A DNA stretch of 64,000 nucleotides from Eledone cirrhosa (GCA_964016885.1 OZ024741.1:166904001-166968000); one strand, 5' to 3'. Shown: positions 44,861 through 58,731, counted from the first letter of the stretch. Program-made: numbers and translations. The notes: a model not told the origin generated them from the sequence alone.

Positions 44861-44866
<6 letters not shown>
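44389..44866. mobile_element. Fold-back element, arms of about 197 bp with an 84 bp spacer, degenerate hammerhead (CTGAAGA...GATA)
   Basis: 44389-44585 is the reverse complement of 44670-44866; the right end merges into (TA)n. Confidence 0.75.
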
Positions 44867-44945
<79 letters not shown>

Positions 44946-44973
44946 GTATATATAACATATGTATAATATATGT

Positions 44974-45009
<36 letters not shown>

Positions 45010-45042
45010 AATATGTATATATAACATATGTATAATATATGT

Positions 45043-45077
<35 letters not shown>

Positions 45078-45080
<3 letters not shown>

Positions 45081-45229
45081 GGAAAAGAGTCAGGACCCCG
45101 ACGGCTGAACTCCGGCCGTTTCGACAGCTAGGTCCTGACTCTTTTCCTACTACCCACTCTACTACCCTAAGTATCGAGTACTCTGGTGCGTTATGGTCCA
45201 TCTGTTTCCTTACCACACTTCATTCGTTA
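45078..45229 (+). mobile_element. Family B element (subfamily variant)
   Basis: ggaaaagagtcaggacc...ggtcctgactcttttcc plus the shared tail. Confidence 0.7.
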
Positions 45230-45242
45230 TACATACATACAT

Positions 45243-45349
<107 letters not shown>

Positions 45350-46235
45350 GTAATAATAATAAATTTGAAGACTAAAATCCAAAGAGGGCTCGATAAGGGT
45401 AAATATTAATCTGTTATTTTAATACACAGGGAAATTGCGAACAAAAATAGTCAGACGATGAGACTGTTTACTAGTTCAACCTAGTGTATCCCTTTAACTC
45501 TACACAGCCACTTGAAGGTACTAAAATGCCACAGCTCGAGCAACGAGACAGTAAAACTAACCACAGAGTTCGCAACGAGGTCTCATGAATTGGTAAGTTT
45601 GAGATGTGAGTCTATATAGAATAGCGTAGAATAGCGTATCAGCCTTAATTATCGTTGCTTCAAATGATTCTATCTCTGCAGTAAGGAAAATATGTGATGA
45701 TACGTAGCCTGGCAATTATAATATTGGATATCCGAACATAAGGTCATGCGTTCGATTTTCTGGCCGGGCAGAACGGTTTTGTTTTTCAAGAAGACACTTC
45801 ATTTAACTTTGTCCTAGTTCACTCTCCTAAGAATGTTAGTACTAGAAGGGAAGCGGGTGTAAAGTCTTGTAATAGACTAGAGCCACGTACAGAGGCATGA
45901 CTTCACCTATATAACACTTTTTTGTACTCTAAGTTGTTTAGTACCACATGAAATCTGGATATTTTTCGACCTGATAAGCCTCCAAGCTTGATATAGAGAT
46001 ATTTAACAGCTAGGAACCTTTTAACTATCTTCCACAACTAGAGTTAACTGAAGCATGCATGATTGTAGTTTAGTATTTCATCTATTTTACCACACTGTAT
46101 GATTACCATTATCAATTTCGCTCTAATCAGATTAATCGTCCAGCTAGCTCAACGAGTGTTCAAATTGTGGTGAAATAGGTTTAGATCTCGATTCAAAATA
46201 CATTTGATAAAATCACATTATTCTAATTCAGATAG

Positions 46236-46428
46236 AATTCTGGGCGGTGGATTGGCAGTATCGGTAGAGGGTCGGACGCCATGCGTTGACGCATAGAGTT
46301 ATGGCTCTTTCCATTCTGAGTTCAAATCCCGCCGAGGTTAACTTTGCCTTTCATCCTTATGGGGTCGATAAAATAAAGTACCAGTAATACACTGGGTATT
46401 TGCTGGTCTTTTGCCAAAAGTAGAAACA
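46236..46428 (+). mobile_element. tRNA-derived SINE with a 19-bp TSD
   Basis: TSD attattctaattcagatag at 46217-46235 and 46429-46447. Confidence 0.9.
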
Positions 46429-47209
46429 ATTATTCTAATTCAGATAGGGGTGATCTACTGAATGATGTACGCAAAAAGTGTAAATCAATTAAAAGTTGCC
46501 CCTTAGTCGGAGAAAGAAACGAAAAAGATTAGCTGACGTTTTTAGTGATTCTCAAAGAAATAATTTCAGGAATTAAGAAGTAATTTCAAAGAAAATTGGA
46601 TGTTTAGGCTTATGAGGGAAATCTGATTTTTGTTAACAGGAAATATGACAACTGTGAATATGTTTCTGTCTGATTACACCTCATTTGCGAAGCATAGTTT
46701 TAGAAATCCTGCATCAATCAGTTGAAATAGATGTTTTACCAGAAAAAAATTGTTACGAACTATTTTAGCCAGTATAATATGCGTAATTATTTAAAGGGAA
46801 ATAACTCAAGAATTAAAATAATTGTTTCTACTTTGGGCATAAGGCCAAAAGCAAGCGATGGTGGGTTCAATGACATATGCAAAAATGTCTTGATAAACTT
46901 AGTTAAAAGAAAATATTGAAAAACAAAGAAAAGGGGAGAGATAATACATCAAGGATTAATTCTATCATTATCATAATTGTTTGACGGTGTTGTTAGTGCC
47001 ATCTGGTGTTTAGTTTTGCTATTTTAACATTAAAAAAAAGTGTTTAATATTTTTAAAGAAGTGATAACAGCATCGGTAGAGCAGTGGATAAAATATCCTG
47101 CGGTATATCCATTCTTTCAGAGGAAAATGGTTTGATGCTCGATTTAATTGACTGCCACATCCACCCACTCCAAAAAAGATGTGACCTTGTACCAAATTTA
47201 GAAATCATT

Positions 47210-47397
47210 GGTGGATTGGCAGTATCGGGAGAGGGTCGGATGCCATGCTTTCTAGCATAGTTACGTCCCTTTACAGACTGAGTTCAAATCCCACCGAGGT
47301 TAACTTTGCCTTTCATCCTTACGGGGTCGATAAAATAAAGTACCAGTAATGTACTGGGTAATTGCTGGCCTTGTGCCAAATGTAGAAACAATTATTA
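47210..47397 (+). mobile_element. tRNA-derived SINE
   Basis: Full-length family match. Confidence 0.88.
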
Positions 47398-49061
47398 TAA
47401 CTTCAAAGTATGTTTTTACTACCGAGCAATGAACTATGACGCATGAATTATTACCATAAAATGGTTGAGAATAAATCAAAAGAATAAACCCTTGAGACGG
47501 AAAAAGGGGATAATGACCTAATATTTTACAATCAGAATGGACAGTATATAACCTAGCCCCTTTGTTAAATAGGATATTTGTGCCAAAGAAAGACATTTAT
47601 TCTTATTGTTTCTAGGTAATTTTGATTAGAGAATTCTTTAACAGCCTGGGTTGAACAAAGATCGTTTTAGTACCCCAGAGACCTGTTTTTTATCCTTCTA
47701 TTAATTTACTCTGAGTGTTTCATAACAGCTATGAAGTAGAGATTTGGAAGACTAGATTCACATCTGGTATATGTTGTCCTCCTATACAGGATATTTACTT
47801 GGCAGCCATTGATAAATAGAGATTTTACTGCGCCATAAATGACAGAAACATAGCGTAATGATTAAGGAAGAGCCAAGAGATATATTAGAGGAGGAATAAG
47901 TATGGGAATTTTTAAGGAGTGGTGGGGACTTATAGTGGTATTGTGGTGGCAGGTTTGTAGTAATGTTGTGGAGGTTAGAAATTAAGACCGTTTCTCAAAT
48001 GAAGTAATTTGAACTACCGAGTGAAAGCTGTTAAAGACTGAAACAGACATCACCAAAGCAGACAGAGATCCAGACTGATTATTTTAAAAAACTCAAAACC
48101 AATTCAACAATATTAAGTCTACCACCTGATTTTGATCTCACTGTTGCTTTTATCTTCTGTTGATTGTTACCAGAAAGAAGCAGAGGGACAAGGGCAGTGC
48201 CCCATGCCCCTTTTCAGGTTTCTGAAACTGGTGGGAGGAAGAAGGTATGTTCAAACTAGAAACCTGGCCGGAATGCTTGCAACAGAATGAACTTGCCTAA
48301 AGACACTCAAATGCCAACTGAGAATGTTAAGCCGGGTGACGGATTAAGTCTACTAGCCAGAGTATGCCACGGAGGGATTTGGGTTCAGAAAACAAAGAAC
48401 CGGAACAAATATCGCAAGGTCCGGCGCCCCTAACAACCCAACGCTATGGACAGGTATTTTATTTCATCGAGTGGGAAGGATGAAAAGCGAAGTTAACCTC
48501 GGCTAAATTTGAACTCAGAGCCCAAACAACTGGAATAGATACCGGAAGGTATTTTGTCCTATGCCCTAACGACCCAGCCAATTCTAAATACAATCAAAAT
48601 ATTTTTAATATCAATATGTACCTAGACAAGGTCGCTGTCAACTAGTCAATGTCACTTTCAATGTCCTTGGCCGTCATCTTTATATTTCCGTGCCCTAAAC
48701 GTTGTGATATAAGTGTTACAAACAGCGCATAACTTAATTTGGATTGTAATAAGATTCTCAAATAGAGGGTAGTAGATTGACAGTCATTAGAACGTCGGGC
48801 AGAATGCATTGCGATATTTTTTTTACGACTTCTGATTTCTGAGTTCAAATCCCGCCGATATAAGCTTTGCCTTTCATCCTTACGCGGTCGATAAAATAAA
48901 GTACCGGTAACGTACTGGTGTCGATTTTTAACGACTTCCCCCCCTCCCTTTCAAATTCCTGACCTTGAGTCAAAAGTAGAAAGAAAATAAAAGATACCCA
49001 GAGGCTCTCGTAGTAAAAACAGAAATCATGTTGCATACAAGAGTAATTATAATAACTATAT

Positions 49062-49468
49062 TAATAATTGTTTCTATTTTAGGCACAAGGCCAGCAATTT
49101 GGGGAAAGGGAAAGTCGATTAAATGGTACTTTATTTTATCGACTCCGTAAGGATGAAAATCAAAGCTAACCTCGGCGGGATTGAACTCAGATCGTAAAGG
49201 GCCATAACTCTATGCCGCAAAGCATGTTGTCCGACGCTCAACCGATATTGCCAATCCACCGCCCTTAAAATATTAATAATTGTTTCTACTTTTGGCACAA
49301 TGACAGAAATTACCCCAGTGCATTACTGGTACTTTATTTTATCGAACCCCCCCCCGTAAGGATGGAAGGCAATGTTAACCTCGGCAGGAGGATTTGAACT
49401 CAGAATGGAAAGGGCCGTAACTCTACGCGTCAAAGCATGGCGTCCGACCCTCTACGGATACTGCCAAT
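49062..49468 (-). mobile_element. Two tandem SINE copies
   Basis: 49062-49265 and 49275-49468. Confidence 0.85.
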
Positions 49469-49795
49469 GACTTCTTTATTGGCCCCAAAGACTCAAACAA
49501 AAACAAAAATAACAACATCAACAGTAATTGCAGTAACAACAATAACAGTAATCCCTGTACAAAAGACAAGAAAAAGATGAAGCACCGAGAAATCATATAT
49601 CATTGCTTACCTTCGTTGAAATGGTTGTCCTAGGGTTGTATATCTTTCTATAAAGGTAAACAATCCATACCAGATACGAAGGGTTTTCTCTTCACTTTCT
49701 CTTGGTGTGAGACATCGGAGAAAAGGAGAGACAGAAAAACATCGTTAAAATACAAACATTTCTTTCTTTCTCTCTCTCTCTTCATTGTTATTTCG

Positions 49796-49839
<44 letters not shown>

Positions 49840-49907
49840 TGCCCCCTCGTTATCGAGTATGACCATTGCACGATATACCATTATTAATAATTATTAATTC
49901 TATCGAG

Positions 49908-50095
49908 GGAGGTGAAATGGCAGTATCAGTAGAGGGTCGGACGCCATGTTTTCCAGCATAGTTACGTCCCTTTACGATCTGAGTTCAAATCCCGCCGAGG
50001 TTGACTTTGCCTTTCATCCTTACGAGGTCGATAAAATAAAGTACCAGTAATGCACTGGGTACTTGCTGGCCTTGTGCCTAAAGTAGAAACAATTA
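49908..50095 (+). mobile_element. SINE nested in an older repeat, 15-bp TSD
   Basis: TSD attaattctatcgag at 49893-49907 and 50096-50110. An uninterrupted copy of the host repeat lies at 42723-42870. Confidence 0.9.
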
Positions 50096-50379
50096 ATTAA
50101 TTCTATCGAGCAATGCCTGTGCGTGAAGATATTTTTTAAAGTAAGGAAAAACTGCATTGAGCGAATCCCACTCTCTCTATATACACATACATATGTGTGT
50201 TTATGTATTTATGTATGCAAATATCTGTATATAATATATATATATATATAAATATATAAGTTTATCCCGGGTTCAATCGGGAGTAACCACAGTAAGTAAG
50301 GTACTCAATACAAAGCAGAGTATAAATATTTAGTATATGAAACAGTTCTAGTCCTGTAGAAGAATTTTCTATATTAAAT

Positions 50380-50446
<67 letters not shown>

Positions 50447-50899
50447 CCGGCTGTCTACGATCTGAGTTTATATCCTGACATCCCACCGAGACCAACTTTG
50501 CCTTTCATCCATCCGAGGTCTATAAAATAAAGTACCAGTCAAGTTTTAGGATCGATATCGATGTAAACGACTTTCCCCACCCAACCAAAACAATTACTTG
50601 CCTTGTGCCTAAATTATATATCAATATGGTTGTGATTTTAGTTGTACGGACGTCTTCAAGCTATCTAGAAAAGAAAGATTTTACCACGATTTTACCACGA
50701 AGTACATTTTTGAGGGGGTTGGTAGTTTCTTATGAAAGCACGTGTTTGATTTTTAATCCCTTCGTTGCCTTATTTCTAATGAAATACATCACATTTCATT
50801 ATATTAACGACGAATTTTGAGGGATTTACTAACATTCTTAATGTTTAAAGTCTATACAGTAACTGTGTTTATGTGATTGTACACGCTGACACAAGAAAT

Positions 50900-51186
50900 T
50901 CCTAACAAGGACTGAACATAATAGAATCAAATTCCCATTGTCATTGCCGCCATCTCTCTTCCTCTACGCATCTCTCACTATTATAAAGCAAATGGGGCCC
51001 ACGCGCTAGCCGACCCACGACCCTGGTGGACAGAATATAGAAGGCGTTTCCTCGGAGGATGGTGAGGGAGATGCGTTCGAAGAGCCATTCCAGCTCGCAA
51101 GGCTCACACCTGCGGGTAGCTAACTCTGTGCCAATGGTGGTGAGTAGGGAGGTGGTCCTAGGGTCAACGACACCAGAAGTCTCCAC
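50900..51186 (-). mobile_element. CRE-like non-LTR retrotransposon 3' fragment
   Basis: ETSGVVDPRT...EWLFERISLTILRGNA is a C-terminal motif typical of the CRE clade. Confidence 0.7.
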
Positions 51187-51409
51187 TATTTCATTACTAA
51201 GGTAGCAACTTATACAAAATTACACAGGAACCCTTTAAAATGGGTGGTATAGTGCTATAAAAACAGCCACTTTGGGATGGGTTGGTATAAACAGTATGAA
51301 GAAAGACTGAAGCAGAGGTGGGATGACAGACGGAATTAGTTTGCCTCAAAGGCAGTCTACGGACATGTTGGGCAATGTATGGGGAGATAAAATATAAGGG
51401 TGACCACCA

Positions 51410-52115
51410 AGGACATTGACAAATTTATATTGTCAATCACAAATTGATGGTGACATTGACAAATTGATGATGACATTGACAAGTTGATGGTGACATTGAC
51501 TAGTTGACAGTTACATTGACAATTTGGTAATGACATTGACAAGTTGATGGTGACATTGACATGTTAATGGTGACATTGACTAGTTGATAGTAACTTTGAC
51601 TAGTTGGTAGTCACATCGACAAGTTGACAGTGACATTGACTAGTTGATGGTGACATTGACAAGTTGGTAGTGATATCGACAAGTTGATGGTGACATTGAC
51701 TAGTTGGTGGTGACATTGACAAATTGATGGTGACATTGACAGGTTGATGGTGACATCGACTAGTTGATGGTGACATTGACAAGTTGATAGTGACATTGAC
51801 TAGTTGACAGTAAAATTGGCAATTTGGTAATGACATTGCCAAGTTGATGGTGACATTGACTAGTTGATAGTGACATTGATTAGTTGGTAGTGACATCGAC
51901 AAGTTGACAGTGACATTGACTAGTTGATGGTGAGATTGACAAGTTGATGGTGACATTGACTAGTTGGTGGTAACATTGTCAAGATGGTGGTGACATCGAC
52001 AAATTGATGGTGACATTGACTAGTTGGTGGTAACATTGACAAGTTGGCGGTGACATTGACAAGTTGGTAGTGACATTGACTAGTTGACAGTGACATTAAC
52101 TAGTTGTCAGTGATA
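51410..52115. repeat. Minisatellite, 20 bp x about 35 (tgacattgacaagttgatgg)
   Basis: Directly visible 20-bp periodicity. Confidence 0.95.
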
Positions 52116-52287
52116 TTGTTATTGTTGTCGTTATCGTCATAACCAATTACCTTCATTAATGCGTGAAGAAAATTCAATATCATATGATATTTAAAGAAGA
52201 AACATAATTATCAAATTAATTCGTACTTTGAAAAGTTAAAAGTGGTAACTATTATACTTACAACAGTTACATATTTTAAAATAAAAT

Positions 52288-52943
52288 TACTCTCGGGTCC
52301 CAAATAATAGGGGTGGGTGGGAAATCGTGTGGGGTGGAATAAGCGGGGACAGGGATCGATAATTTTTCTCTGTTGATTTTTAAAAATCTAATGAGTACTT
52401 TAGTTTACATATTGGAACCCCAACTCATCCTATTTATTTTATAACATACTAGCTGAATTATCCGGCATTTCCCGGGTTACTGCTGTTCTTATTCAGATTA
52501 GTAAACAATAAATATGAAGATATGTTGTTTTTTTCTCATAATAATTTTCTCATAAAGTGACTCCTCGTCGTGATTTACTATAGTTCACTATAGAAATGTT
52601 ATTTTAGATAAAATATTCTATTTTTTTAATCCAAATGAAAATAAAAATTACATCTTGACACTCTATCTTGTAAAATTTGATTTGATTTGGTCCAGCCGTT
52701 TGAGAATACACAGGAACAGACAGAGAGACAAAGATGTTTTATATATACAGAGATGAGATATCTAGTAATGTACTTTCTTGTCAAGTATAATGTTTTTTTT
52801 AATATATAAAGGAAATTTAGATTAACAAAATTTAATAAGCGGTGGGGTTGGGGGGTTGGAATAAGAGCGGAGAGGGGGGGGGGGGCATCTGAAAAATTAA
52901 TAAGCGTCGGGGAAAGGGGGCGATTATTCGAAATCTGAGAGTA
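52288..52943. mobile_element. TIR DNA element (tactctc...gagagta) containing a Helitron/HINE-like insert at about 52448-52752
   Basis: Terminal inverted repeats. The insert starts actagctg..ccggc..cccggg and ends acagacaga..tttatatata. Confidence 0.45.
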
Positions 52944-52944
52944 C

Positions 52945-53190
52945 ATATTCTTAAAATATAATTATATTAACTTAAAATATAATTACCTTAACTTAAAATA
53001 TAATTACATTAACTTAAAATATAATTACATTAACTTGAAATATAATTACATTAACTTAAATATAATTATATTAACTTAAAATATAATTACGTTGACTTAA
53101 AATATAATTACATATACTTAAAATATAATTACATATACTTAAATATAATTACATATTCTTATATAATTACATATTTTTAAAAATATAATT
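52945..53190. repeat. AT-rich minisatellite of about 21 bp (ttaaaatataattacattaac); related array at 54635-54760
   Basis: Visible tandem units. Confidence 0.85.
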
Positions 53191-53729
53191 AAAAACAAAA
53201 CAAAATAAACTTACCTATTCGCCAGAAATATGAAACAAAATAGCACAATCTGTTAGCAAGCTTGGTTGATGCTGTTGTTGTTACTGTTGTTGTTGTTATA
53301 ACTGCTGTTGTTGTTATAACTGCTGTTGTTGTTATTGATCTTTTTGTTATTGCTGTTGTTGCTACTGCCTCTCTTGCTGTTGTTACTGCTGCTGTTGTTG
53401 TTGCTACAGCTGCCACAGTTGTTGTTATTGCTGTTGTTGTTGCTTTTGCTGCTGTTGTTGTTGTTGTAGTCTTGCTTGTTGTTGTTGTTGTTGTTGTTGT
53501 TGTTATTGCTGTCGCAGTTGTTGTTGCTGTTGTTGTTGCTACAGCTGCCACAGTTCTACAGCTGCCACAGTTGTTGTTTTTGCTGCTGTTGTTGTTGTTG
53601 TAGTCTTGCTTCTTGTTGTTGTTGTTGCTGTTGTTGTTGTTGTTGTTACTGCTGTCGCAGTTGTTGTTTCTGTTGTTGTTGCTACAGCTGCCACAGTTCT
53701 ACAGCTGCCACAGTTGTTGTTGTTGTTGT

Positions 53730-53864
53730 TTATCCATCCGGGTCGATAAATAAAGTTCCAGTCAAGTACTGAGTTCAGTTAATCGACTTTCCCCTCCCCC
53801 TCACATTGCTGGCTTTGTGCCTAAATTAGAAACCATTATTATTATTGTAGCTAATATAAAAATT

Positions 53865-53914
<50 letters not shown>

Positions 53915-54587
53915 AATTATCATTATTAGGTTAGCTTTGCCTTACGAGGTTGATAAAATAAAGTACCAGTAAGTACTGGAGTCGATTTAATCGACTTTCC
54001 CCTCCCCTTCAAATTGCTGGCCTTGTGCCTAAAGTAGAAACAATTATTATTATTATTGGATTGGCAGTGAGCGGTAGAGCGTCTGACAATATGCTTTGCA
54101 GCATAGAGTTACGGCTCTTTACGTTTTGATTTCAAATCCCGCCGAGTTTAGCTTTGCCTTTCATCCCTATGGGGTCGATAAAAGAAAGTACCAGTAATAC
54201 ACTAAGGTCGATTTAATCAACTTTGCCCCCCCCCCCCCCCAAAAAAAAATTGTTGGTCTTTCTGAGTTCAAATCTCGCCGAGGTTAACTTTGCCTTTCAT
54301 CCTTACGGGGTCGATAAAATAAAGTACCAGTAATACACTGGGATAATTGTTGGCCTTGTGCAAAAAGTAGAAACGATTATTATATGATGTTTGAAGGGTG
54401 GCGTATTGGCAGTATCAGTAGAGGGTCGGACGCCATGCTTTGCAGCAAAGAGTTACGGCCCTTTATGGTCTGAGTTCAAATCCCACCGAGGTTAACTTTG
54501 CCTTTCATCTTTACGGGGTCGATAAAATAAAGTACCAGTAATGTACTGGGTATTTGCTGGCCTTGTGCCAATAGTAGAAACAATTAT
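53730..54587 (+). mobile_element. Cluster of about five head-to-tail SINE copies and fragments
   Basis: Repeated gtcgataaaataaagtaccag...gtagaaacaattatt units. Confidence 0.85.
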
Positions 54588-54989
54588 CATCATAACAATT
54601 TACATTTATGGATGTGTGAAGAAGGTTAAATTAGATAAAATTACATATTATTAAAATATAATTACATATTATTAAAATATAATTACGTATTCTTAAAATG
54701 AAATTACGTATTCTTAAAATATAACACATACTATCATTACATATTCTTAAACTATAATAAAAACAAAACAAAATACATTCAACTTACCTACTCGCCAGAA
54801 ATATGAAACAAAATAGAACCAGTTGTTAGCTGCCTTGGTTGTTGTTGCTGTTGTTGTTTCCTTGCTGCTGCTATTGTTGGTGGAAGTGCTTGTTTTGGCG
54901 GTGACAGCAGTGATTGTCCGGGTGGTGGTTGTAGTGGTGTTGGAAGTAATGGTAACGTTGTGGTCTTGATCTTGGTCGTAACTCGTGAT

Positions 54990-55960
54990 GGTTGTAGTGG
55001 TAGCGGCGGCAATTGTGGTCTTGATCGTGGTCGTAGTCGTGGTGGTTGTGGTGGTAGTGGTTGTGGCGGCGGTTGTGGTCTTGGTCGTGGTCGTAGTCGT
55101 GGTGGTTGTGGTGGTAGTGGTTGTGGCGGCAGTTGTGGTCTTGGTCGTGGTCGTAGTCGTGGTGGTTGTGGTGGTAGTGGTAGCGGCGGCAGTTGTGGTC
55201 TTGGTCGTGGTCGTAGTCGTGGTGGTTGTGGTGGTAGTGGTAGCGGTGTCAGTTGTGGTCTTGGTCGTGGTCGTAGTCGTGGTGGTTGTGGTGGTAGTGG
55301 TAGCGGTGTCAGTTGTGGTCTTGGTCGTGGTCGTAGTCGTGGTGGTTGTGGTGGTAGTGGTAGCGGCGGCAGTTGTGGTCTAGGTCGTGGTCGTAGTCGT
55401 GGTGGTTGTGGTGGTAGTGGTAGCGGTGGCAGTTGTGGTCTTGGTCGTGGTCGTAGTCGTGGTGGTTGTGGTTGCGGTGGCAGTTGTGGTCTTGGTCGTG
55501 GTCGTAGTCGTGCTGGTTGTGGTGGTATTGGTTGCGGTGGCAGTTGTGGTCTTGGTCGTGGTCGTAGTCGTGATGGTTGTGGTGGTAGTGGTAGCGGTGG
55601 CAGTTGTGGTCTTGGTCGTGGTCGTAGTCGTGGTGGTTGTGGTTGCGGTGGCAGTTGTGGTCTTGGTCGTGGTCGTAGTCGTGCTGGTTGTGGTGGTATT
55701 GGTTGCGGTGGCAGTTGTGGTCTTGGTCGTGGTCGTAGTCGTGCTGGTTGTGGTGGTAGTGGTTGCGGTGGCAGTTGTGGTCTTGGTCGTGGTCGTAGTC
55801 GTGGTGGTTGTGGTGGTAGTGGTAGCGGTGGCAGTTGTGGTCTTGGTCGTGGTCGTAGTCGTAGTGGTTGTGGTGGTAGTGGTAGCGGTGGCAGTTGTGG
55901 TCTTGGTCGTAGTCGTAGTCGTAGTCGTGCTGGTTGTGGTGGTAGTGGTGGTTGTGGTGC
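54990..55960. repeat. GT-rich 60/51-bp minisatellite built from NGT triplets
   Basis: agttgtggtcttggtcgtggtcgtagtcgtggtggttgtggtggtagtggtagcggtggc repeated about 16 times. Confidence 0.95.
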
Positions 55961-56474
55961 GGGTGCGCAGTTAGTCCTGTACCAGCAGGCCTATGGCAGG
56001 CTGGTTACTAAATGCGATCCACATATCGTTCAATCAAGGTACACCATACAACCGGCAAAGTGGGCCAGGGTGGGGAATGGGCATACACTGCATTCTTATA
56101 TACAGTGTTTTAATGTCTTGGTTTATATCATTCAAAAGACAGAAAATTGGTTGAAGATAATTCTTGTTTATCTCTTTGGGATAATTGATTTCGGATCAAC
56201 CGTCGGGATAGCAAATATCCCGATCTTTAGCTTGAATAATACTGCTTCAAATACTTTGGCAAATACTTTGGCAAATACTTTAGCAAAATGCTAATTTATA
56301 GGGCCTGAGATAGTTTCATGGTGTTGACTAGGTGTTAGAGTATTCTTGTTGCTTGGGGTGGCAGGTTCGAGTCCTTTCTATCCAAATTACATTTGTGTTA
56401 GTTTTGGCAAGACACAAAGATTCTGATTTTATGGTGAGTAAAATATGATGTGACATTCATGCCTTGTCCAAGTA

Positions 56475-56783
56475 TCCCGCCGAGGTTGACTTTGCCTTTC
56501 ATCCTTACAGGGTTGATAAAATAAAGTACCAGTAATGCACTGGGTAATTGCTGGCCTTGTGCCTAAAGTAGAAACAATTATTAACTCAAGGGCGATGGAT
56601 TGGCAGTATCGGTATACGGTCAGACACCATGCTTTGCAGCAAAGAGTTACGGCCCTTTATGTTCAGAGTTCAAATCCAGCCAAAGTTAACTTTGCCTTTC
56701 ATCCTTACGGGGTCGATAAAATAAAGTACCAGTAATACACTGGGATAATTGCTGGCCTTATGCCAAAAGTAGAAACAATTATT
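56475..56783 (+). mobile_element. Two tandem SINE copies
   Basis: A truncated copy followed by a full copy. Confidence 0.85.
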
Positions 56784-57911
56784 AACGTAAGGGAAGTGTT
56801 ACAACAGACAAGTGAAATTCGGTCTTGGTATCAGCTAGTTCTACGGTCATTTCTATATTAATAACATTGCTTTGTTTTTGATTTTAAATCAAATAGTGAT
56901 TGAAACTGGGATGTGTTAATGTGTAAGTCCTTACCAAATTAAATCTATGATGTGTCGATGAGCATGTCTTTATCAAGAGTATTAATAGCACAGATGAAGT
57001 GAAACTACTTCAAGTGACGATTGAAACCGTGTCCCAGTTTCCACTTGATCCATGCAGCTGGTTATTATAATTAACTATATTATTGTTGTTGCTTAGTCCT
57101 ATGTCAGACCTGATCTAGCAGTCATTTTACTGAAAGGGCTCCAGCTGTGAACATGTCTTTTATTCCGACATAGTATATCTAGAGCTACATTATCCAATGT
57201 ATTCCTTTTTAAAGAGAGATTTTGGGAAGACTATTTTGCGAATTCTGCAGATCGATGGACCGAGTAGATGAATCCTCTTTGCCTCGGATTCCCACTGTCT
57301 AATAGGTAAATATCTCTGAGTAGTTCCGTTTCTTATGCTAGAAATTTGATTTCACTTATAATACTAATGCGTTTGGAATATGAAAGATCGTCACACAATA
57401 CCATCTATGTTTTTTTTATAAATACATGGCAGTACGTTCATATAAGAGAGAAACAATAAAACTGGAACGGTCTTGTCTTTCTGGAGAAGACGAGTTTGTT
57501 CCTGGGAGTAATGACATTGAGCAAGCCACGAACCTAGCATATAATAACTGCATATACACACATGTAGACATAGAAACATATGTATGTGTGCACATTCAAA
57601 ACATACATATCCACATCTAAAATGACATCCATGTTTGTACACACACATACATACACATTTAGACAACCATACTTAAATATATATATATATATACATACGT
57701 AGATGCAATGTCATTTATTCATGCACACATACATACACACATACATACATACATACATACATACATACATAAAGACAGACAGATATACTTAATTGTCTAG
57801 TTGATGTCTAAATTTCAATGAAAGTACTTTGTTTCTGGGTTAGAAACCGGCATTATCTCTATATGTGAGAAAAAAAAAAACTAGAGAACACACACACACA
57901 TACACACACAT

Positions 57912-57961
<50 letters not shown>

Positions 57962-58135
57962 GTAGATATATACAGATACAGATATAATTTTATATATATA
58001 TGTGTAATAAGATACAGACATACATAAATATATAAATACATAAATATGTGTGTGAAGTCCAGCCTTGACCAGTTTTGCTCAATGACCAAACGAATTAAAA
58101 TAATCATTTAATCAGAGCTATTTATCAAATTATAA

Positions 58136-58490
58136 ATACGAGGAAAGAATAGACAAATAATTACTTATGTTTTCTTGAAAGTCTCTACTGCAGGTTCATC
58201 GACCGTTTTGCAATATTGTTGCAACAGAGAAGTGCACCAACGTTATTAGGCTCTCCAATCTTCAAGAGACCTCTCCCTGTAACCTATACAACGTGATGAT
58301 TTCTCCCTCCAGAGAAATATTCAGTCCACTTATACCGTCCACTTAATGAGGGGTCTTTTGAAGATTCGACAGCCTCATAGCGTTGGTACACTTCTCTGGT
58401 ACAATGATGCTGCAAAACGGTCGATGGAACTGCAGTCGGGACTTTGAAGAAAAAGTAGGCAATTCTATGTCTAGTCTTTCCTCACATTTA
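58136..58490. repeat. Old diverged fold-back inverted repeat (arms of about 140 bp)
   Basis: catcgaccgttttgca / tgcaaaacggtcgatg and agagaagtg / cacttctct pair across the two arms. Confidence 0.7.
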
Positions 58491-58505
58491 TATATATATA
58501 TATAT

Positions 58506-58695
58506 GAAAAAGTATGACCCCGACGGCAGAGCTCAAGCCATTTCGACGGCTATTTCTGGACTCAGAAATAGCCGTCGAAACGGCTTGAGCTCTGCCGTAG
58601 GGGTCATACTTTTTCCTATTTCCCACTCTACCACCCTAAGTATTGAGTACTCTGGTGCGTTATGGTCCATCTGGTCCCTTACCACAATTCCTTTG

Positions 58696-58731
<36 letters not shown>

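Noticed and set aside
51410-52115. ORFs with repeating CQCHHQLVNVTINLSMS
   Set aside because: A 20-bp unit cycles through all three frames; non-coding minisatellite.
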